Sequence record: PV037725.1
Strand: one strand, 5' to 3'
DNA length: 64,000 nt
The notes under the pieces were generated by a model. That model was not told the origin of the DNA, did no database searches, and was given only the letters and a program-made list of their open reading frames with translations. This document shows positions 48,401-57,485 of this stretch, one piece after another. A program made the position numbers and the translations under genes. Every line of letters begins with the position of its first letter. Positions within the stretch are counted from its first letter, which is position 1.

Positions 48401-49438
48401 ATCGATGGTACCTGGGATGAAATGGTTAAGAAGTATGGTCCTAAGTACGGTATCCCTGGACTCGGTCAAGACCCTGAACGTAAAGCTCGGAAAGACCCAC
48501 GTGCTTCCGCCCTGATGGGTGGTGAGTTCATTAAGAGCAACTACGATACTGTTAGTAAAGGTATCGGACGTAAAGACTTGACTGACACAGATATCTACAT
48601 GGCTCACTTCTTAGGCCCTGGCGGCGCTATCAAGTTCCTCAAAGCCGACCCTAATGCAATGGCTTACAAGATCTTCAGTAAGGAGTACTCGGCTAACATG
48701 TCGATCTTCTTCGTTGATGCTAAGCCTTCGCAACCACGGACTATTTCAGCAGTCTACAAGCTTTTCCAAGCTAAGATGGACAAATTCTGGAATACTACGG
48801 GTAAGGGTTACCGTCAAGGTGAAGCTGGGCAACCGTCTAACGACGCCAATGCCGATTCTCAAACACCGGGTGCGGTAGAGAACAGCAGTACTGCTGATTC
48901 TGAAGCCATGAAGAATAAGCTGAAGGACGAGGCTGGCTCTAAAGACGGACTGGGTAGTGATTCTCCTGATGGGCAACCATCTGGTGATACCCCGATCGAA
49001 CAAGGTGCTGGCACTGGTTCCATTCAGAAGCTTGCTCGGGATACAGCGCCGATGCCAGGTGCTCCAACTAGTGGTGGTGGTACTGGTAGTAATTCTTCGA
49101 CCAACGCGACAGGTACTGATTCGGGTAGTGGTACAGCTGACAGCCAGCAACAAAGTCAGATGGATGCTGCACAGTCTCAGAACAACCGTCGGGCAGCTGA
49201 AGTTAAACGTGAACGTGAAGCGGCTAACGCAGTGAATGATATTCAGTCTAAACAGCTGAATGCACTCTACGAGATCCGTGACCTTCAACAACTTCAATTG
49301 GATAACTCCAAAGATTTGTTGAAGGCGTTCTCAGCCGCGCAATCCGCAGGTGGCCAAGGTTCAGGTAATAATATGAATCCGTCCACCATGCAAGGTCGCC
49401 CGGCTGCTCAGCGTAACAGCAGCTTAACCCTTCGCTAA
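42470..49438 (+). CDS. Tail-associated lytic transglycosylase / tape-measure-like protein (phiKZ gp181-like)
   Basis: 2322 aa; SLT domain IAGIES...[17 protein letters not shown]...DPRASALMG...[11 protein letters not shown] near the C-terminus; internal hydrophobic helices. Confidence 0.9.
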   Translation: MAKQNVPLRKPKGSDGEGNIKVPGGPVVLDLGDFDDIFGPMDAESPKNGPLGQFYSGLKDSLGNRFKTKDIVRNFLRSAAPDGLSNVMGFADEAMAATRDIKESIERTNAADLQYIAQRAQKVLPQLKDYVSEDTYNDINQGLENKIEEYDYTVQSGRDQTAIRRARQDESDTNQIKAAMDNIALTDRLNHNKSEQGANARHNQTRAENSIRDVLSTRRFDFVAKSMGMAVDSLQRIVGYKEQVDYGFQRKGLELQFRSYLGIKELVKLSEAHLELNARAYNSMIRNTGIPDHEKRGRNDLTQMGQGSDKRGFASKAIQAVGGKTLSQFYGNYSGDVQSRVQNSLSQKLSMATMAMKMGENGPSLWDNKYSMAGNLAGDYLSDFLINDLVPMLGREARGPLTKLSDRHGGRHNQAGYFLDNMPAFLQEFVNNNQNSRGIKGGIRNLIAPYVPQFGLQDRVQNGTFQTIDQHATFNQATQRSIVDAIPGYLARILQEMRMIRTGSDDVAREVFDMTNGKFGLEKAAHDNLQNRIVPENAVRVASSTINDALNQMDKDGKLSPQARKALGERLLRDGSSNNRFDPEAYIRSRGYAQGTSPEVAKELEEHFRSQFKFDEDGKMSDTSENHKLRQEFSQAFLDIRSISRDPIKEINRLINSGHTEPLRAMGIIVTEKNQDRINYPRIWEILRQGVSDHNPYAEGGSGYDPYAVDNSGTVGHKNFMGPEHPGLGKAFVMNNMRKFRTKYAPEEQAARDATAKHLKALRGRFGSAAKNAQDTFADLTGGKGTDYTPGIKGFSQMMSGGPGFGPQNMAGGYQAFIGEKVNEHKEKLKGYGVDGMQELTDLYSSFDPTQPLIKGIDFGMGDLIDVNTKKIVTKPSDITGEVINRLGQTVVTATEAAAGLLNPKGELAVKVSDTFNSIVDKAIGLHRNINGERSASSEPTDPNNPDELNKQDWSLGPGENPILLARGFMNGEYKDAAGKVINSIADIASDVYDNAGNLVVSAKEFANGLWSKRSGKRYRPTKGFARLLKMAQGAGKYSGTTATGLAFGALKFSAKAALGIAKTAFNFVMDNQNAYLPGEAVPVITRRQLQAGEYYDDKGKVVEDFVDVYSPMYNAQGEAVIAPELYKQLTNFDGSKHALAKNRRIWAKYIMRPLRAVRDAYMRQTKKYYKWLGKTTTRVGGAVGRKLFGGFAKMGGKVFDSMFESVEDPNAKAQIDATLMASQQQTSVMEQVLQAVRDLKPKELRKGSWQAKEASKAAAGDGKKGDGKDDDAKQQGFLKRGLAGLASMLGLGGNKDSDEEDDDGFGLDDAADLADIGDAVGDHRERRRRRRRPGKKGWFGNLWDKAKNSRVGKWGGTILEKAGQSRLGQMAVKPLLQVAKRPTFWAAVATTAAVAGTYLWSSIKDSSGDFRRLRLSQYGIWGMRRELKVLELETLLEQFTDKVSDNPSFSLSGAGAKQMLSIMGLDIENQTEVMNFAKWLELRFKPIYLAWIGGLNKVGQSQVKINEVDDKLPKELKADFLETIRFPYNNESPYSVLINPFDPDDTPEPNMDYISKLFDELKAEFDPERKKDDAKVDGKKVSKEDIAKGAAAAGGAAAVTSDNPAKDIVKKQADEKAKNGDILKTGIAATAATSSSMSGTIAALNARIGNTVTALQAIRMRAYGLQTLQLSDVRSLLALEAVYAKDLTAVDDVVDYSGDDQKLLAAAGTLLGKDTSVGSTDRPKLYNWLMQRFGPTFRAYYGTAKQLNPSADLKTLENKLKGADKVSVGQAVLGAVFRHDQTVWECDSIFDVKGPLADLKRLADADLEHLKKEAEKEVVDSPTQKGSDQMAGKNAADTGGSFTDKVIGKIKDAWDSSKETISNTWNRASEAAKDTYAGAKIAVGMGPDYGEGGASGGVIKSSGTGGEIISGTGGKFEELPYPSANSSIKAAYPTLLAAGKMTGVPVDWLTVIAGIESAFNYTIKAKTSSATGWYQFIDGTWDEMVKKYGPKYGIPGLGQDPERKARKDPRASALMGGEFIKSNYDTVSKGIGRKDLTDTDIYMAHFLGPGGAIKFLKADPNAMAYKIFSKEYSANMSIFFVDAKPSQPRTISAVYKLFQAKMDKFWNTTGKGYRQGEAGQPSNDANADSQTPGAVENSSTADSEAMKNKLKDEAGSKDGLGSDSPDGQPSGDTPIEQGAGTGSIQKLARDTAPMPGAPTSGGGTGSNSSTNATGTDSGSGTADSQQQSQMDAAQSQNNRRAAEVKREREAANAVNDIQSKQLNALYEIRDLQQLQLDNSKDLLKAFSAAQSAGGQGSGNNMNPSTMQGRPAAQRNSSLTLR

Positions 49439-49442
49439 CACT

Positions 49443-49467
49443 GGTCGGTCCTTCGGGACCGACCTTT
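49443..49467 (+). terminator. Hairpin terminator / processing stem
   Basis: GGTCGGTCC-ttcg-GGACCGACC-TTT. Confidence 0.7.
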
Positions 49468-49488
49468 ATCCCTTTCGAGGTTTCAACA

Positions 49489-51471
49489 ATGGCCGAAGAT
49501 CTACAACCCATCTGGCTCCGGAAAGCATTCATGCTCCCGGTAAGCTATGATAAGAATAACTATGGTTCCGGGGCTAAGCGTCGCGGGGCTAACTCAGCAG
49601 CATTCAAATTTACAAACACATCCCCTGGTGGTAGTTTCCCGATTAACATGCTTCCTCAATACACTCGGTATGCCGACATTCGTGTTCCGGGTCGAGGGCG
49701 TAGTCACGGCGACCGATTCCTGGGTATGGGCCGTTACTACTCAGAAGCACATGACGACACTAAACAAGAAATTCACATGTCGTTCGGCGTTCCACGATTC
49801 AGTAGCTGGACTAGCTTCTTTACTAACTTTTACGACCGAAGTGCGGCGTCCATGGCTAACACTGGTGCAGGTAGCGGCTTGTGGTATAACCTAGGTAACG
49901 CTGCTGGTTTGTTAGTGTCTCTGCCGATGCAACCGTTCATCTTGGGTCTAACTGGTACGATGCGCGTCATTAGCTTCTTGACTAAGTCACAACCATCCAA
50001 GTGGTTCTACTTTAAACCAACTATGCATACGTACTGGTCTTCGGTTAACACCCTAGCAAACGAATTTGCAATTGGTTTAGGTATTACGCCATGGTTCTGG
50101 GCTAAAGAAGATGATCCATTGGCTACACCAGGTGAAACGGTTACTAAGGCCAACCTTGCTGAGATCCACCGTATCTTCCCTACCCTATTCCGTGAGGACG
50201 GTGGTATCGATGTGATGGCTCTAAGTGGGCGTGCACAGCGTATGTCGGATGCTTCTCAGAAGTCTACCAAGGCATTGATGGAGAAAGCTCGGACCATCGA
50301 TGAACTTAACGCTGCAACGCAGAAAGCTATGGCTATGCCTATTGAAGATCCAGATCCGGGTATGGACGCACGGAAATACTTCCTCAAGTATGTTGACACT
50401 ATTGATAAGAAAGCCACCCAAGATGAAACCGGTATCGTAGATAACGAATTCTTCTCTAGCTGGTCTGATCTACAACACATGTACAAATATGTTGTAGGCG
50501 CACAGCACGATGGTCAGCAGTTCGTTACTTTACGAGCTGACTATAATGGTGAAGTATCTGAGAGCTTTAGTAACTCCACCAAAGACGTAGGTGTTGTACA
50601 GACGCTTAACACAAAAGTGAATGAAGGTCGTACCGCAGCATTCAACTTCATGGGTGGTAACATCACGGAAGGTGTAGGTGCCATGACGGGTATGATTGCC
50701 GACTTCGTTACTGGCGCATTAGACTCAGTCAACTTAGGTGGTCTGAGTATCTTGACGGGTTCCGCTTTCGTAGACGTCCCGGAGTATTGGGATTCTGCAA
50801 TGGCTTCTTTACCAACAGCGCAATACACCATTCCACTGATTACACCGTACGGTAACGTTATCTCCCGGTTCTTGAACATCTACCTACCGTTAGCCATGAT
50901 CCTCCCAATGGGCCTACCGAGGTCGGCCGGGCGTTCTGCATACACAGCCCCATTCTTGGTACAGATGTTCCATAAAGGGCGCGTACAACGTCAGCTGGGG
51001 ATTGTGGATTCTATCCAGATCCGTCGCGGTACTGGTAACGTAGGTTGGAACGCCAACCACGAGATGCTCGGCTGTGAAGTAACCATCGGTGTTAAAGACC
51101 TTTCGAAGATCATGCACATTCCCATTAAAGGTGGCTTTGCTTCCTCGAGTTGGATTGGTACTGGTGCTAAGTGGGCAACGGCTACCGCAGCTGAAGCCGC
51201 TGGTGGTGACGCAGCGTTAGGTGCAGCGCTGGCAGTGACTGATGGTGCAGTGTGGGATGAACAATCGCTATTCAACGATTACGTCGCAACGCTGTGCTCT
51301 CAAAGTTGGAGTGATCTGTACTACGCTGGTAAGCGGTTGAACCTAAACCTTACTCGTACAGTACAGTCATTTAAAAGTTGGCGCTCACCTTCGAACTTTG
51401 CTTCGTGGGTATTGGATGGAGACGTGGCTCGAACACTGTCGGCATTCGTACAAACAACATCTCGATTCTAA
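49489..51471 (+). CDS. Tail tip/baseplate hub protein (phiKZ gp182-like)
   Basis: 660 aa directly after gp181-like gene; [24 protein letters not shown]; C-terminal [12 protein letters not shown] beta-rich region. Confidence 0.7.
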   Translation: MAEDLQPIWLRKAFMLPVSYDKNNYGSGAKRRGANSAAFKFTNTSPGGSFPINMLPQYTRYADIRVPGRGRSHGDRFLGMGRYYSEAHDDTKQEIHMSFGVPRFSSWTSFFTNFYDRSAASMANTGAGSGLWYNLGNAAGLLVSLPMQPFILGLTGTMRVISFLTKSQPSKWFYFKPTMHTYWSSVNTLANEFAIGLGITPWFWAKEDDPLATPGETVTKANLAEIHRIFPTLFREDGGIDVMALSGRAQRMSDASQKSTKALMEKARTIDELNAATQKAMAMPIEDPDPGMDARKYFLKYVDTIDKKATQDETGIVDNEFFSSWSDLQHMYKYVVGAQHDGQQFVTLRADYNGEVSESFSNSTKDVGVVQTLNTKVNEGRTAAFNFMGGNITEGVGAMTGMIADFVTGALDSVNLGGLSILTGSAFVDVPEYWDSAMASLPTAQYTIPLITPYGNVISRFLNIYLPLAMILPMGLPRSAGRSAYTAPFLVQMFHKGRVQRQLGIVDSIQIRRGTGNVGWNANHEMLGCEVTIGVKDLSKIMHIPIKGGFASSSWIGTGAKWATATAAEAAGGDAALGAALAVTDGAVWDEQSLFNDYVATLCSQSWSDLYYAGKRLNLNLTRTVQSFKSWRSPSNFASWVLDGDVARTLSAFVQTTSRF

Positions 51472-51543
51472 ATATTACTGGGTAGGTAGATTCTACAGAG
51501 GATCTACCGGTCCCAGACTTTATTCCCTAATCGAGGCTTCGAC

Positions 51544-52035
51544 ATGTTTAAGAGTTTTATCTTGTGGTTGGTAACTAAGTTCCTGACAGCGCGTGAACGT
51601 TTGCAGTTGGTCGTCAAGGATGGCTTTGCAGATGACCCACGCCGTGTGATCAATAACTTGTATCATCTAGCACACTCTGATGGTAAGGGTAAGACCCTTG
51701 TCCCGTTTGATCGTATCGCAGCAAAAGCGCTGTCCGAATATGACCTATCTGGTAATGTATACGTCACAGTGTTGTTTGCATTGAAGCAGAAATTGTACCG
51801 CTGCGGTTCCGAAAAATGTGAAGGTAATGATTACCTCGAGTTCTTCCGCAAAGTAAACATCATTAAAGATCATAGTAACCGATTGAAGGTAACTAAAGAT
51901 CTGACCAATCTGATCATCTCAGAAACCACGTTCGGTACCGAACAAGATATTACGCTGGTAGTGAATGTATTGCAACACCAATACCTTGACCCTGAAATCA
52001 TCGCTAAATTCCTTACTGCTGGAGAATCCAAATGA
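51544..52035 (+). CDS. Hypothetical protein
   Basis: GAGG SD, 163 aa, coupled to next gene. Confidence 0.65.
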   Translation: MFKSFILWLVTKFLTARERLQLVVKDGFADDPRRVINNLYHLAHSDGKGKTLVPFDRIAAKALSEYDLSGNVYVTVLFALKQKLYRCGSEKCEGNDYLEFFRKVNIIKDHSNRLKVTKDLTNLIISETTFGTEQDITLVVNVLQHQYLDPEIIAKFLTAGESK

Positions 52036-52553
52036 AACTGTTCCGTAACCTTGCTAAATCCCTGTACGAAGCTGTAGTTCCAGAAGCTGAGCGTCAAGAA
52101 GCTGCCATCGCTACAATCAGTGATGAACAACGTGCACAACTGGCCATTACGTTCTTCGGTCGTGAAGCTGCACTGCTGGATCGTGGCGGTCAAACTTACA
52201 AGCGCGCTAAACAAGCTGCCGAAGATCTGATCGTTAGTCACCACAGTGCCAGTTCGATTGGTCAAGTTCACCGGAAAGAGTTTACTCGTGTCGAATCTGA
52301 CGACTACGTGCAAGCTATGGTACTGGGCAACCTCTTGTCGAAGGACGGTGCAGCTGACCTGTCTGCTACGCCGGTATCACTGAGTAATCAACTCTTCGGT
52401 AAAATTGCGTCGGACGTAGATGCTGCACGACTCGAGAAGTCTTTCATTAAGCGTCGCAGTATCCTGCGTAACGCCATCAAACGTGAAGTGCCTTCGCTCG
52501 ATTCTGCTGACCTGACCCTGGCTGTTGAACTCGTAATCGCTATTAGAATGTAA
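52032..52553 (+). CDS. Hypothetical helical protein
   Basis: GGAG SD; ATGA-type overlap. Confidence 0.65.
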   Translation: MKLFRNLAKSLYEAVVPEAERQEAAIATISDEQRAQLAITFFGREAALLDRGGQTYKRAKQAAEDLIVSHHSASSIGQVHRKEFTRVESDDYVQAMVLGNLLSKDGAADLSATPVSLSNQLFGKIASDVDAARLEKSFIKRRSILRNAIKREVPSLDSADLTLAVELVIAIRM

Positions 52554-52582
52554 ATAGTGTGTAGTTCAACTTAAAAGGAAAC

Positions 52583-53194
52583 ATGATGGATAACATTCTC
52601 TCTGGTCTCAAGTGGGCCAAAGGTCTTGAATCTCAAGACGGTGCTGCACAGGTAGTTGATGTTAATGCGGTTAAGTCTCACATTGACATTGACGATGTGG
52701 AACAGAACGTTGGTGATGTTAGCGAGTCTGAACCTGATGCTATCGGTGACGGTGGTGATCACGTTAAGGCTGAGACTAACCATGATATCATCTCTGCTGA
52801 AACGATTGAAGTGGCTAGCGCTATCTCCGGTCAAGAAGGTGGTAAGGTGATTATCGCTGAAGCGGTTGATCCGATCTCCGGTGCACCTAAGCGCTTCGTA
52901 ATCTCTGGTTTCAATGCACAGACTAACCCTGCTGCTGAACCCGGTGATAACCTACTTAGTCTGGTGATCCTGTTGCAAAACGGTATCATCCCTGAAGTAG
53001 GTGTGAATGGTGTTACTTGCGAAGACCTGCTTAAAGTAGTTGAAGAAGTTTTCACCTGCTTCCAAGAAGGTAAGTTCGCATGTGAGGAAAACGATCAGGT
53101 CCTTCAAGGTGTACGCATGGCTCAAGCAGCTATTGCCCAACGCTTGGCCCGTCGGGAAGCTCAAGGTACCGAAGGTACTTACCAAGGTAACTGA
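52583..53194 (+). CDS. Tad1-like (Thoeris/CBASS signal sponge) protein with acidic N-terminal extension
   Basis: SGAPKRFVISGF...LLQNGIIPEVGVNGVTCEDLL...FQEGKFACEEN...RLARREAQGTEGT follows the Tad1 pattern (GGAYHEYVI...FQKG...GV..DLL...FQAGPFSSREN...RR...R...GT). Confidence 0.82.
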   Translation: MMDNILSGLKWAKGLESQDGAAQVVDVNAVKSHIDIDDVEQNVGDVSESEPDAIGDGGDHVKAETNHDIISAETIEVASAISGQEGGKVIIAEAVDPISGAPKRFVISGFNAQTNPAAEPGDNLLSLVILLQNGIIPEVGVNGVTCEDLLKVVEEVFTCFQEGKFACEENDQVLQGVRMAQAAIAQRLARREAQGTEGTYQGN

Positions 53195-53226
53195 CATATC
53201 GCCCTTCCTTCGGGAAGGGCTTTATG
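53193..53226 (+). terminator. Hairpin terminator, conserved-flank family
   Basis: GACATATC-GCCCTTCC-ttcg-GGAAGGGC-TTTATG. Confidence 0.8.
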
Positions 53227-53245
53227 ACACATTACAAAAAATCTC

Positions 53246-53258
53246 AGATTTATATTAC
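53246..53258 (+). promoter_or_regulatory. Early (virion RNAP) promoter
   Basis: AGATTTATATTAC, identical to 22146; heads a long run of small + strand genes. Confidence 0.78.
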
Positions 53259-53291
53259 TAGTGTGAGTTAATTAACAGTTAGGAGTAAATA

Positions 53292-53474
53292 ATGAGACTT
53301 TTACTTTCTGTATCGTCTGATCTTACACGTATGTCGGTGGGTATTATTGACCAACTTGGTAATCCGGGTAAGGCAGTCGGCCGTATTCGCAAAAGGATTC
53401 TTAAAGGGTCATACACTAAACTTATGGTCATTAGTAAAACTGACGGCTATGACGTTTATGGCGACAAACTATGA
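53292..53474 (+). CDS. Hypothetical early protein
   Basis: AGGAG SD, 60 aa. Confidence 0.6.
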   Translation: MRLLLSVSSDLTRMSVGIIDQLGNPGKAVGRIRKRILKGSYTKLMVISKTDGYDVYGDKL

Positions 53475-53833
53475 GCCTACCTAAGAAAGCAATACGCCGG
53501 AACTCTTTAGTTAAGAGTATATGGAACCCAGCATTCTGTGGTCGAGTCATTCGTACATTACCTGACGGTTCTGTATTGTGGCTTACCATGAGTATGCGTT
53601 TCATGATTAATTGGCCAGAGGCGCTCACTACCGAGAACTATCCATATTGGGGTTCTCCAGGTAGCTTGCGTGAACTATCCTTACGTAATTTTAAACGTAA
53701 GGCTGTAAGGTTCCACGGTAAGAATGCGTATAACACCCCACTCGATTATCATGAGATCTTTGATGGCCGTGGTCAATTCACGCGTGAAGAAACTTTGCGT
53801 TACAGGGAGAGCCGACTTAATGAGCTTTTGTGA
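53471..53833 (+). CDS. Hypothetical early protein
   Basis: ATGA overlap, basic 120 aa. Confidence 0.6.
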   Translation: MSLPKKAIRRNSLVKSIWNPAFCGRVIRTLPDGSVLWLTMSMRFMINWPEALTTENYPYWGSPGSLRELSLRNFKRKAVRFHGKNAYNTPLDYHEIFDGRGQFTREETLRYRESRLNELL

Positions 53834-53987
53834 AGATTTCCTATTGTACGTTGATAACGAGGTAGCCAGCGCTACTCTTGCTCCAGTCGAAACTGCGGTC
53901 CAACGGCGTAATCTTGCTAAGGTAATACGTTCACGGATTGCTCGTAGTAAGACTATCATTCGTATCACGGTTACGCGGAGCTACTGA
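53820..53987 (+). CDS. Small hypothetical protein
   Basis: ATG 53820 after GGAG; fills the gap between neighbours. Confidence 0.45.
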   Translation: MSFCEDFLLYVDNEVASATLAPVETAVQRRNLAKVIRSRIARSKTIIRITVTRSY

Positions 53988-53988
53988 G

Positions 53989-54483
53989 ATGAACAACTGT
54001 CCGACGGGATACTGCGGTAATCCATGTTTATGTTCAGGTGCCTTGGATCATTTGAGTCGTACAGACGCGCTCGACATGGGTAAGTTGGCCATGAAGCGTG
54101 TCGAAGACATCGATGCTAAAGAGATGTCTGACAAGTACGGTGAACTCATGTTAGCCGTACCAGCCGTAGAAGTAAGATTGGTAGCCATGAAGTACAATGG
54201 TGCTATCAATCAATGTGATCATCTACTTGAGCGCATTATCTTACGCAAAGAAAATGATTGCATCCGCACTCTGTCTGGCTTCCGTACCGTATTGCTAGAC
54301 ACTGAAGGTAATCCTACTTTTATTCGTGGCGACGATCCTCGATCTAACACCAAACTTCGCTTTGAGATCCTTGAATGGAAAGGCGAGGTTAGTGCCTCCG
54401 TAGAGTCTTACGGAAGCCACATCGAACAAGCTTACATCAAACTTGTAAACACAACTGTTTTCCTTCCAGCCGATATGGAGTAA
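53989..54483 (+). CDS. Hypothetical protein with N-terminal Cys cluster
   Basis: ATG 53989 after GGAG; CPTGYCGNPCLC. Confidence 0.6.
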   Translation: MNNCPTGYCGNPCLCSGALDHLSRTDALDMGKLAMKRVEDIDAKEMSDKYGELMLAVPAVEVRLVAMKYNGAINQCDHLLERIILRKENDCIRTLSGFRTVLLDTEGNPTFIRGDDPRSNTKLRFEILEWKGEVSASVESYGSHIEQAYIKLVNTTVFLPADME

Positions 54484-54486
54484 CAC

Positions 54487-55608
54487 ATGAGTAACGATAT
54501 TTTCCCAACCCTAGTACAACTCTTGCCATCCGAAGCACTTGAAAAATTGCAAAATGCAATCTACGCCGAGTTACTTCGTCGTTGTGGCTCAGGTCCACAG
54601 GGTGAGGCTGGTCCTTCGTACGAAGCGTTGGTAGAACAGTTCGGTGTAGACGGAAATAAAAAGCTGCAACTGGATAACTCAGGTTATCGCCAAGAGCTAA
54701 AACCAACACCACGTTTTGAATTGGGTCAGATTCCTTTCCCAGTTGACTTCGATGAAGAACTCAACGTGTTCGTTTACACTCCTCGTGGCTTTATCCTAGA
54801 CGAGTTGGTTCGGGTACTCGGTTACAATGTATCCGTATCCCCTGACGTTCGGGAGTTGGTTGACGGCAACCTTGAGATCCTGATCGAGCCGATGCTGTAT
54901 CTCGGTGAACGTGTGTCTATCCGAAATCTACCTAAGGGTAAGACTGTACAGATGGCCGAAACGTTGGATGATTTCGTCAGTTGGTACAAACGTGCCGATG
55001 CAACTGACCTCACTCCAGTTCCATACATCGGACAGTCATTTGATCCTGAGCTGGCACTTGTTGAGTACAAAGGTCATTCCCTTAGCACTGAGCATAAATC
55101 TTCTCGAGGTGTGTTCACAGCTGTACCATTCTTAGTGGGTAAGTCCATTGATGTAATGTCCAACTCGAATGTTCCTGAACTGATCGAGCGTGGGCAAGTT
55201 AAGCCAACGGTAATGCTTGAGAGTTGCCCAACCGTTAAATCGGTATTCGTTCAAGTAGGTATGCATCTGGTCCGCGTACTGACCAATCGTACACCCTACG
55301 CCCGTTTCTGCCCACCGCCAGAATCAGTTCGTTACTCGGCACTGGACCTTCGTGCTGCGATTAACATCACCAAAGGGATGCGAGACTGTTTCGGTAACGT
55401 AATGCCTTGGACTGAGTTGTTGGGTGACGAAGGTCTGGACTTGGAAATCAGCCTTCACGGTAGTTTCAATGCTGAAACTGGCACCATCAAGACTGGGATG
55501 GGTGCAGTTAATTTTACATCGTACGACACCCTCGGCGAACATCTGTCTGACCTGTTGCGTGACAGTTCTAAATGCCTGGCATTTGAACTCGATGGCGCAC
55601 TCCTTTAA
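54487..55608 (+). CDS. Hypothetical protein; C-terminal half resembles the insertion region of phiKZ-type major capsid proteins
   Basis: FTAVPFLVGKSIDVMS...LIERGQV..T..L...VKSVFVQVG...ARF...ISLHGSFNAETG pattern (recalled similarity only). Confidence 0.5.
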   Translation: MSNDIFPTLVQLLPSEALEKLQNAIYAELLRRCGSGPQGEAGPSYEALVEQFGVDGNKKLQLDNSGYRQELKPTPRFELGQIPFPVDFDEELNVFVYTPRGFILDELVRVLGYNVSVSPDVRELVDGNLEILIEPMLYLGERVSIRNLPKGKTVQMAETLDDFVSWYKRADATDLTPVPYIGQSFDPELALVEYKGHSLSTEHKSSRGVFTAVPFLVGKSIDVMSNSNVPELIERGQVKPTVMLESCPTVKSVFVQVGMHLVRVLTNRTPYARFCPPPESVRYSALDLRAAINITKGMRDCFGNVMPWTELLGDEGLDLEISLHGSFNAETGTIKTGMGAVNFTSYDTLGEHLSDLLRDSSKCLAFELDGALL

Positions 55609-55656
55609 TCTCACGCACTAAACACAATCATTCTCGCACTAAGGAAAAATAGTATC

Positions 55657-56067
55657 ATGGCTAAAGAACTCAAATCCCGTGGCTACGCTGACACCAACAA
55701 CCTGAAAGACGTGTTCGTCCTGAACGAAGCCAATGGTTTCGATGTGCCAGCTGACGTATACAACACGCTCGTTCTGGAACCAGCAGGCATTACACTGGAT
55801 CAAGAGAAGAAACGCGTTAAGCTCGAAGGTGAAATGCTGACTGGCGGTTTGCTGGTTGGTGGTGAGCAAGTAGCTGACCGTTTCAAGACTGACGCTAATC
55901 TGCAAGAAGTTAGCATGAGTATCCCAATGGGTCCTAACCGTACCGCAACAGCAATCTTCGGTCGTGGTGTTGAAACCGTAGTGGCGATTCAAACCAAGAT
56001 CGATACCGCTGAGATGAAGCGCGTACTGGCTCACGTTAACCATCTGTTCGAAGACGTGTCCAACTAA
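55657..56067 (+). CDS. Conserved phiKZ-like hypothetical protein
   Basis: AAGGA SD; strongly biased codons suggest high expression; own terminator. Confidence 0.7.
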   Translation: MAKELKSRGYADTNNLKDVFVLNEANGFDVPADVYNTLVLEPAGITLDQEKKRVKLEGEMLTGGLLVGGEQVADRFKTDANLQEVSMSIPMGPNRTATAIFGRGVETVVAIQTKIDTAEMKRVLAHVNHLFEDVSN

Positions 56068-56076
56068 GTAACACAT

Positions 56077-56105
56077 ACTAGGGATTCCGTAAGGGTCCCT
56101 AGTTT
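56077..56105 (+). terminator. Hairpin terminator
   Basis: ACTAGGGATTC-cgtaa-GGGTCCCTAGT-TT. Confidence 0.7.
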
Positions 56106-56123
56106 ATTCAGTTAGAGGTTTGC

Positions 56124-56486
56124 ATGACCGATATTCGTAAGGATTTCCTCAAGCAGTTTGTCGGTACAATGAAGGTTTACGAGAACCTTAATGTCCACGG
56201 CATTGATCCCTATGGTGAGCCAGTACCCAACCATCACGGTTCATTCACCCCTGATTACATCGCCGGTTTTTATGCTGGTCAAAACAACGCTGCGTCTACG
56301 TTGTTAAGTATGACTGACTCCCGAGAGGGTAACAACGAACACTGGCGACTGACAACGAAAGACGGTGAAGTATTGACGTTCTTCCCAAAGGACAATCCCG
56401 ATGGGATACCTACTAAAGATGATTCTGGTGAATTGGTATTTCAGAACAGCATCATCGCCGACTATTACGATATGGTGAGCACATGA
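56124..56486 (+). CDS. Hypothetical protein
   Basis: GAGG SD. Confidence 0.65.
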   Translation: MTDIRKDFLKQFVGTMKVYENLNVHGIDPYGEPVPNHHGSFTPDYIAGFYAGQNNAASTLLSMTDSREGNNEHWRLTTKDGEVLTFFPKDNPDGIPTKDDSGELVFQNSIIADYYDMVST

Positions 56487-56857
56487 ACCGTAATGACTAC
56501 AAGGAATACTTCGATGGAATCATTGAGTTCTGTAAAACAAACGATATCCGGTGCCACCCGGCTGAGTACCATGCATACCGTAGACGCCTTATTGAAATCG
56601 CTAATGATCAATCCCTCGATCTCAGTATCAGGCAAGATGCCGGTTCGATCCAGCGAAACCTTAAGTGGACCTTCAATTCCATCGTCGGCTGCGGTAGTGG
56701 CGATCGTAGTAAGTTAAGCGATCTGTACACGGGTCATCGCAATCTCACCACAGCGTGCATGAATAAGGTAACTCAGTTGGCCGAACGCTTTGCTTTCAAA
56801 CCACAACCTTTGGTGCAGGGCATCAAACATTACTATGCGGTGGCACATGGGACTTGA
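56483..56857 (+). CDS. Hypothetical protein
   Basis: ATGA overlap. Confidence 0.6.
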   Translation: MNRNDYKEYFDGIIEFCKTNDIRCHPAEYHAYRRRLIEIANDQSLDLSIRQDAGSIQRNLKWTFNSIVGCGSGDRSKLSDLYTGHRNLTTACMNKVTQLAERFAFKPQPLVQGIKHYYAVAHGT

Positions 56858-57215
56858 TACAGATATTTATCGCGTTAACCGTAAGAAAGCCGAAGCGGCC
56901 ATCTGCACGAGTTACGATGGTGAAAATGAATACCTCGATTATTGGAGCATTACTAATGACGTCAAGTCAGTGTGCTACCAACGTAAGAATTATTTTCTCC
57001 AAGGAATACTCGAAGAGATCACCTGGAGTGTCCAGTGTGAGTATGTTGAGCTAACTAAATTGCATGCCTATCACCTATTACATGCAATGCAGGTGAAGCA
57101 TAAATGGCAAGATAGTTTTGATCGTAAACGTCACCAACGTTTTGTCCAAGAGTTCAAAGCTGTACTGCACAACTTTGATTGGGAACGCGACATGATGGTT
57201 TGGAATTGGAGCTGA
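56847..57215 (+). CDS. Hypothetical phage protein (MGLD...Y.RK.N-type)
   Basis: Start moved to MGLDTDIY; YQRKNYFLQG motif of a widespread phage family. Confidence 0.6.
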   Translation: MGLDTDIYRVNRKKAEAAICTSYDGENEYLDYWSITNDVKSVCYQRKNYFLQGILEEITWSVQCEYVELTKLHAYHLLHAMQVKHKWQDSFDRKRHQRFVQEFKAVLHNFDWERDMMVWNWS

Positions 57216-57216
57216 T

Positions 57217-57402
57217 ATGGCTGAGACTTATCCGCAATCTGGGATCACCCGCATGGCTAATGGAACCGATATTCATTGGCTTAGTAAAGGTCCAGGTGAC
57301 CACAGTTCTATGATTTTCACACCTGAAGCCAAAGAGGCTCTGAGTCGAGTTGAGATCAAAGGTGTTAACTTCAATGATTCAAGCACACGTCGTAAGAAGT
57401 AA
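57217..57402 (+). CDS. Small hypothetical protein
   Basis: GGAG SD, 61 aa. Confidence 0.55.
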   Translation: MAETYPQSGITRMANGTDIHWLSKGPGDHSSMIFTPEAKEALSRVEIKGVNFNDSSTRRKK

Positions 57403-57426
57403 GTATTTACTCAAGTAGTGAATAAT

Positions 57427-57451
57427 GTAGGAGATCCACGTGGTCTCCTAC
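57427..57451 (+). terminator. Hairpin upstream of tmk
   Basis: GTAGGAGATC-cacgt-GGTCTCCTAC. Confidence 0.5.
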
Positions 57452-57485
57452 TACCCCTTTAATTTTTTGCTAGAAAGGTAATTCA

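Noticed and set aside
51473-51480. AATATTAC after the gp182-like gene as an early promoter
   Set aside because: One mismatch to TATATTAC, no shared upstream AGATT context, and it lies within a late structural block; too weak to call.
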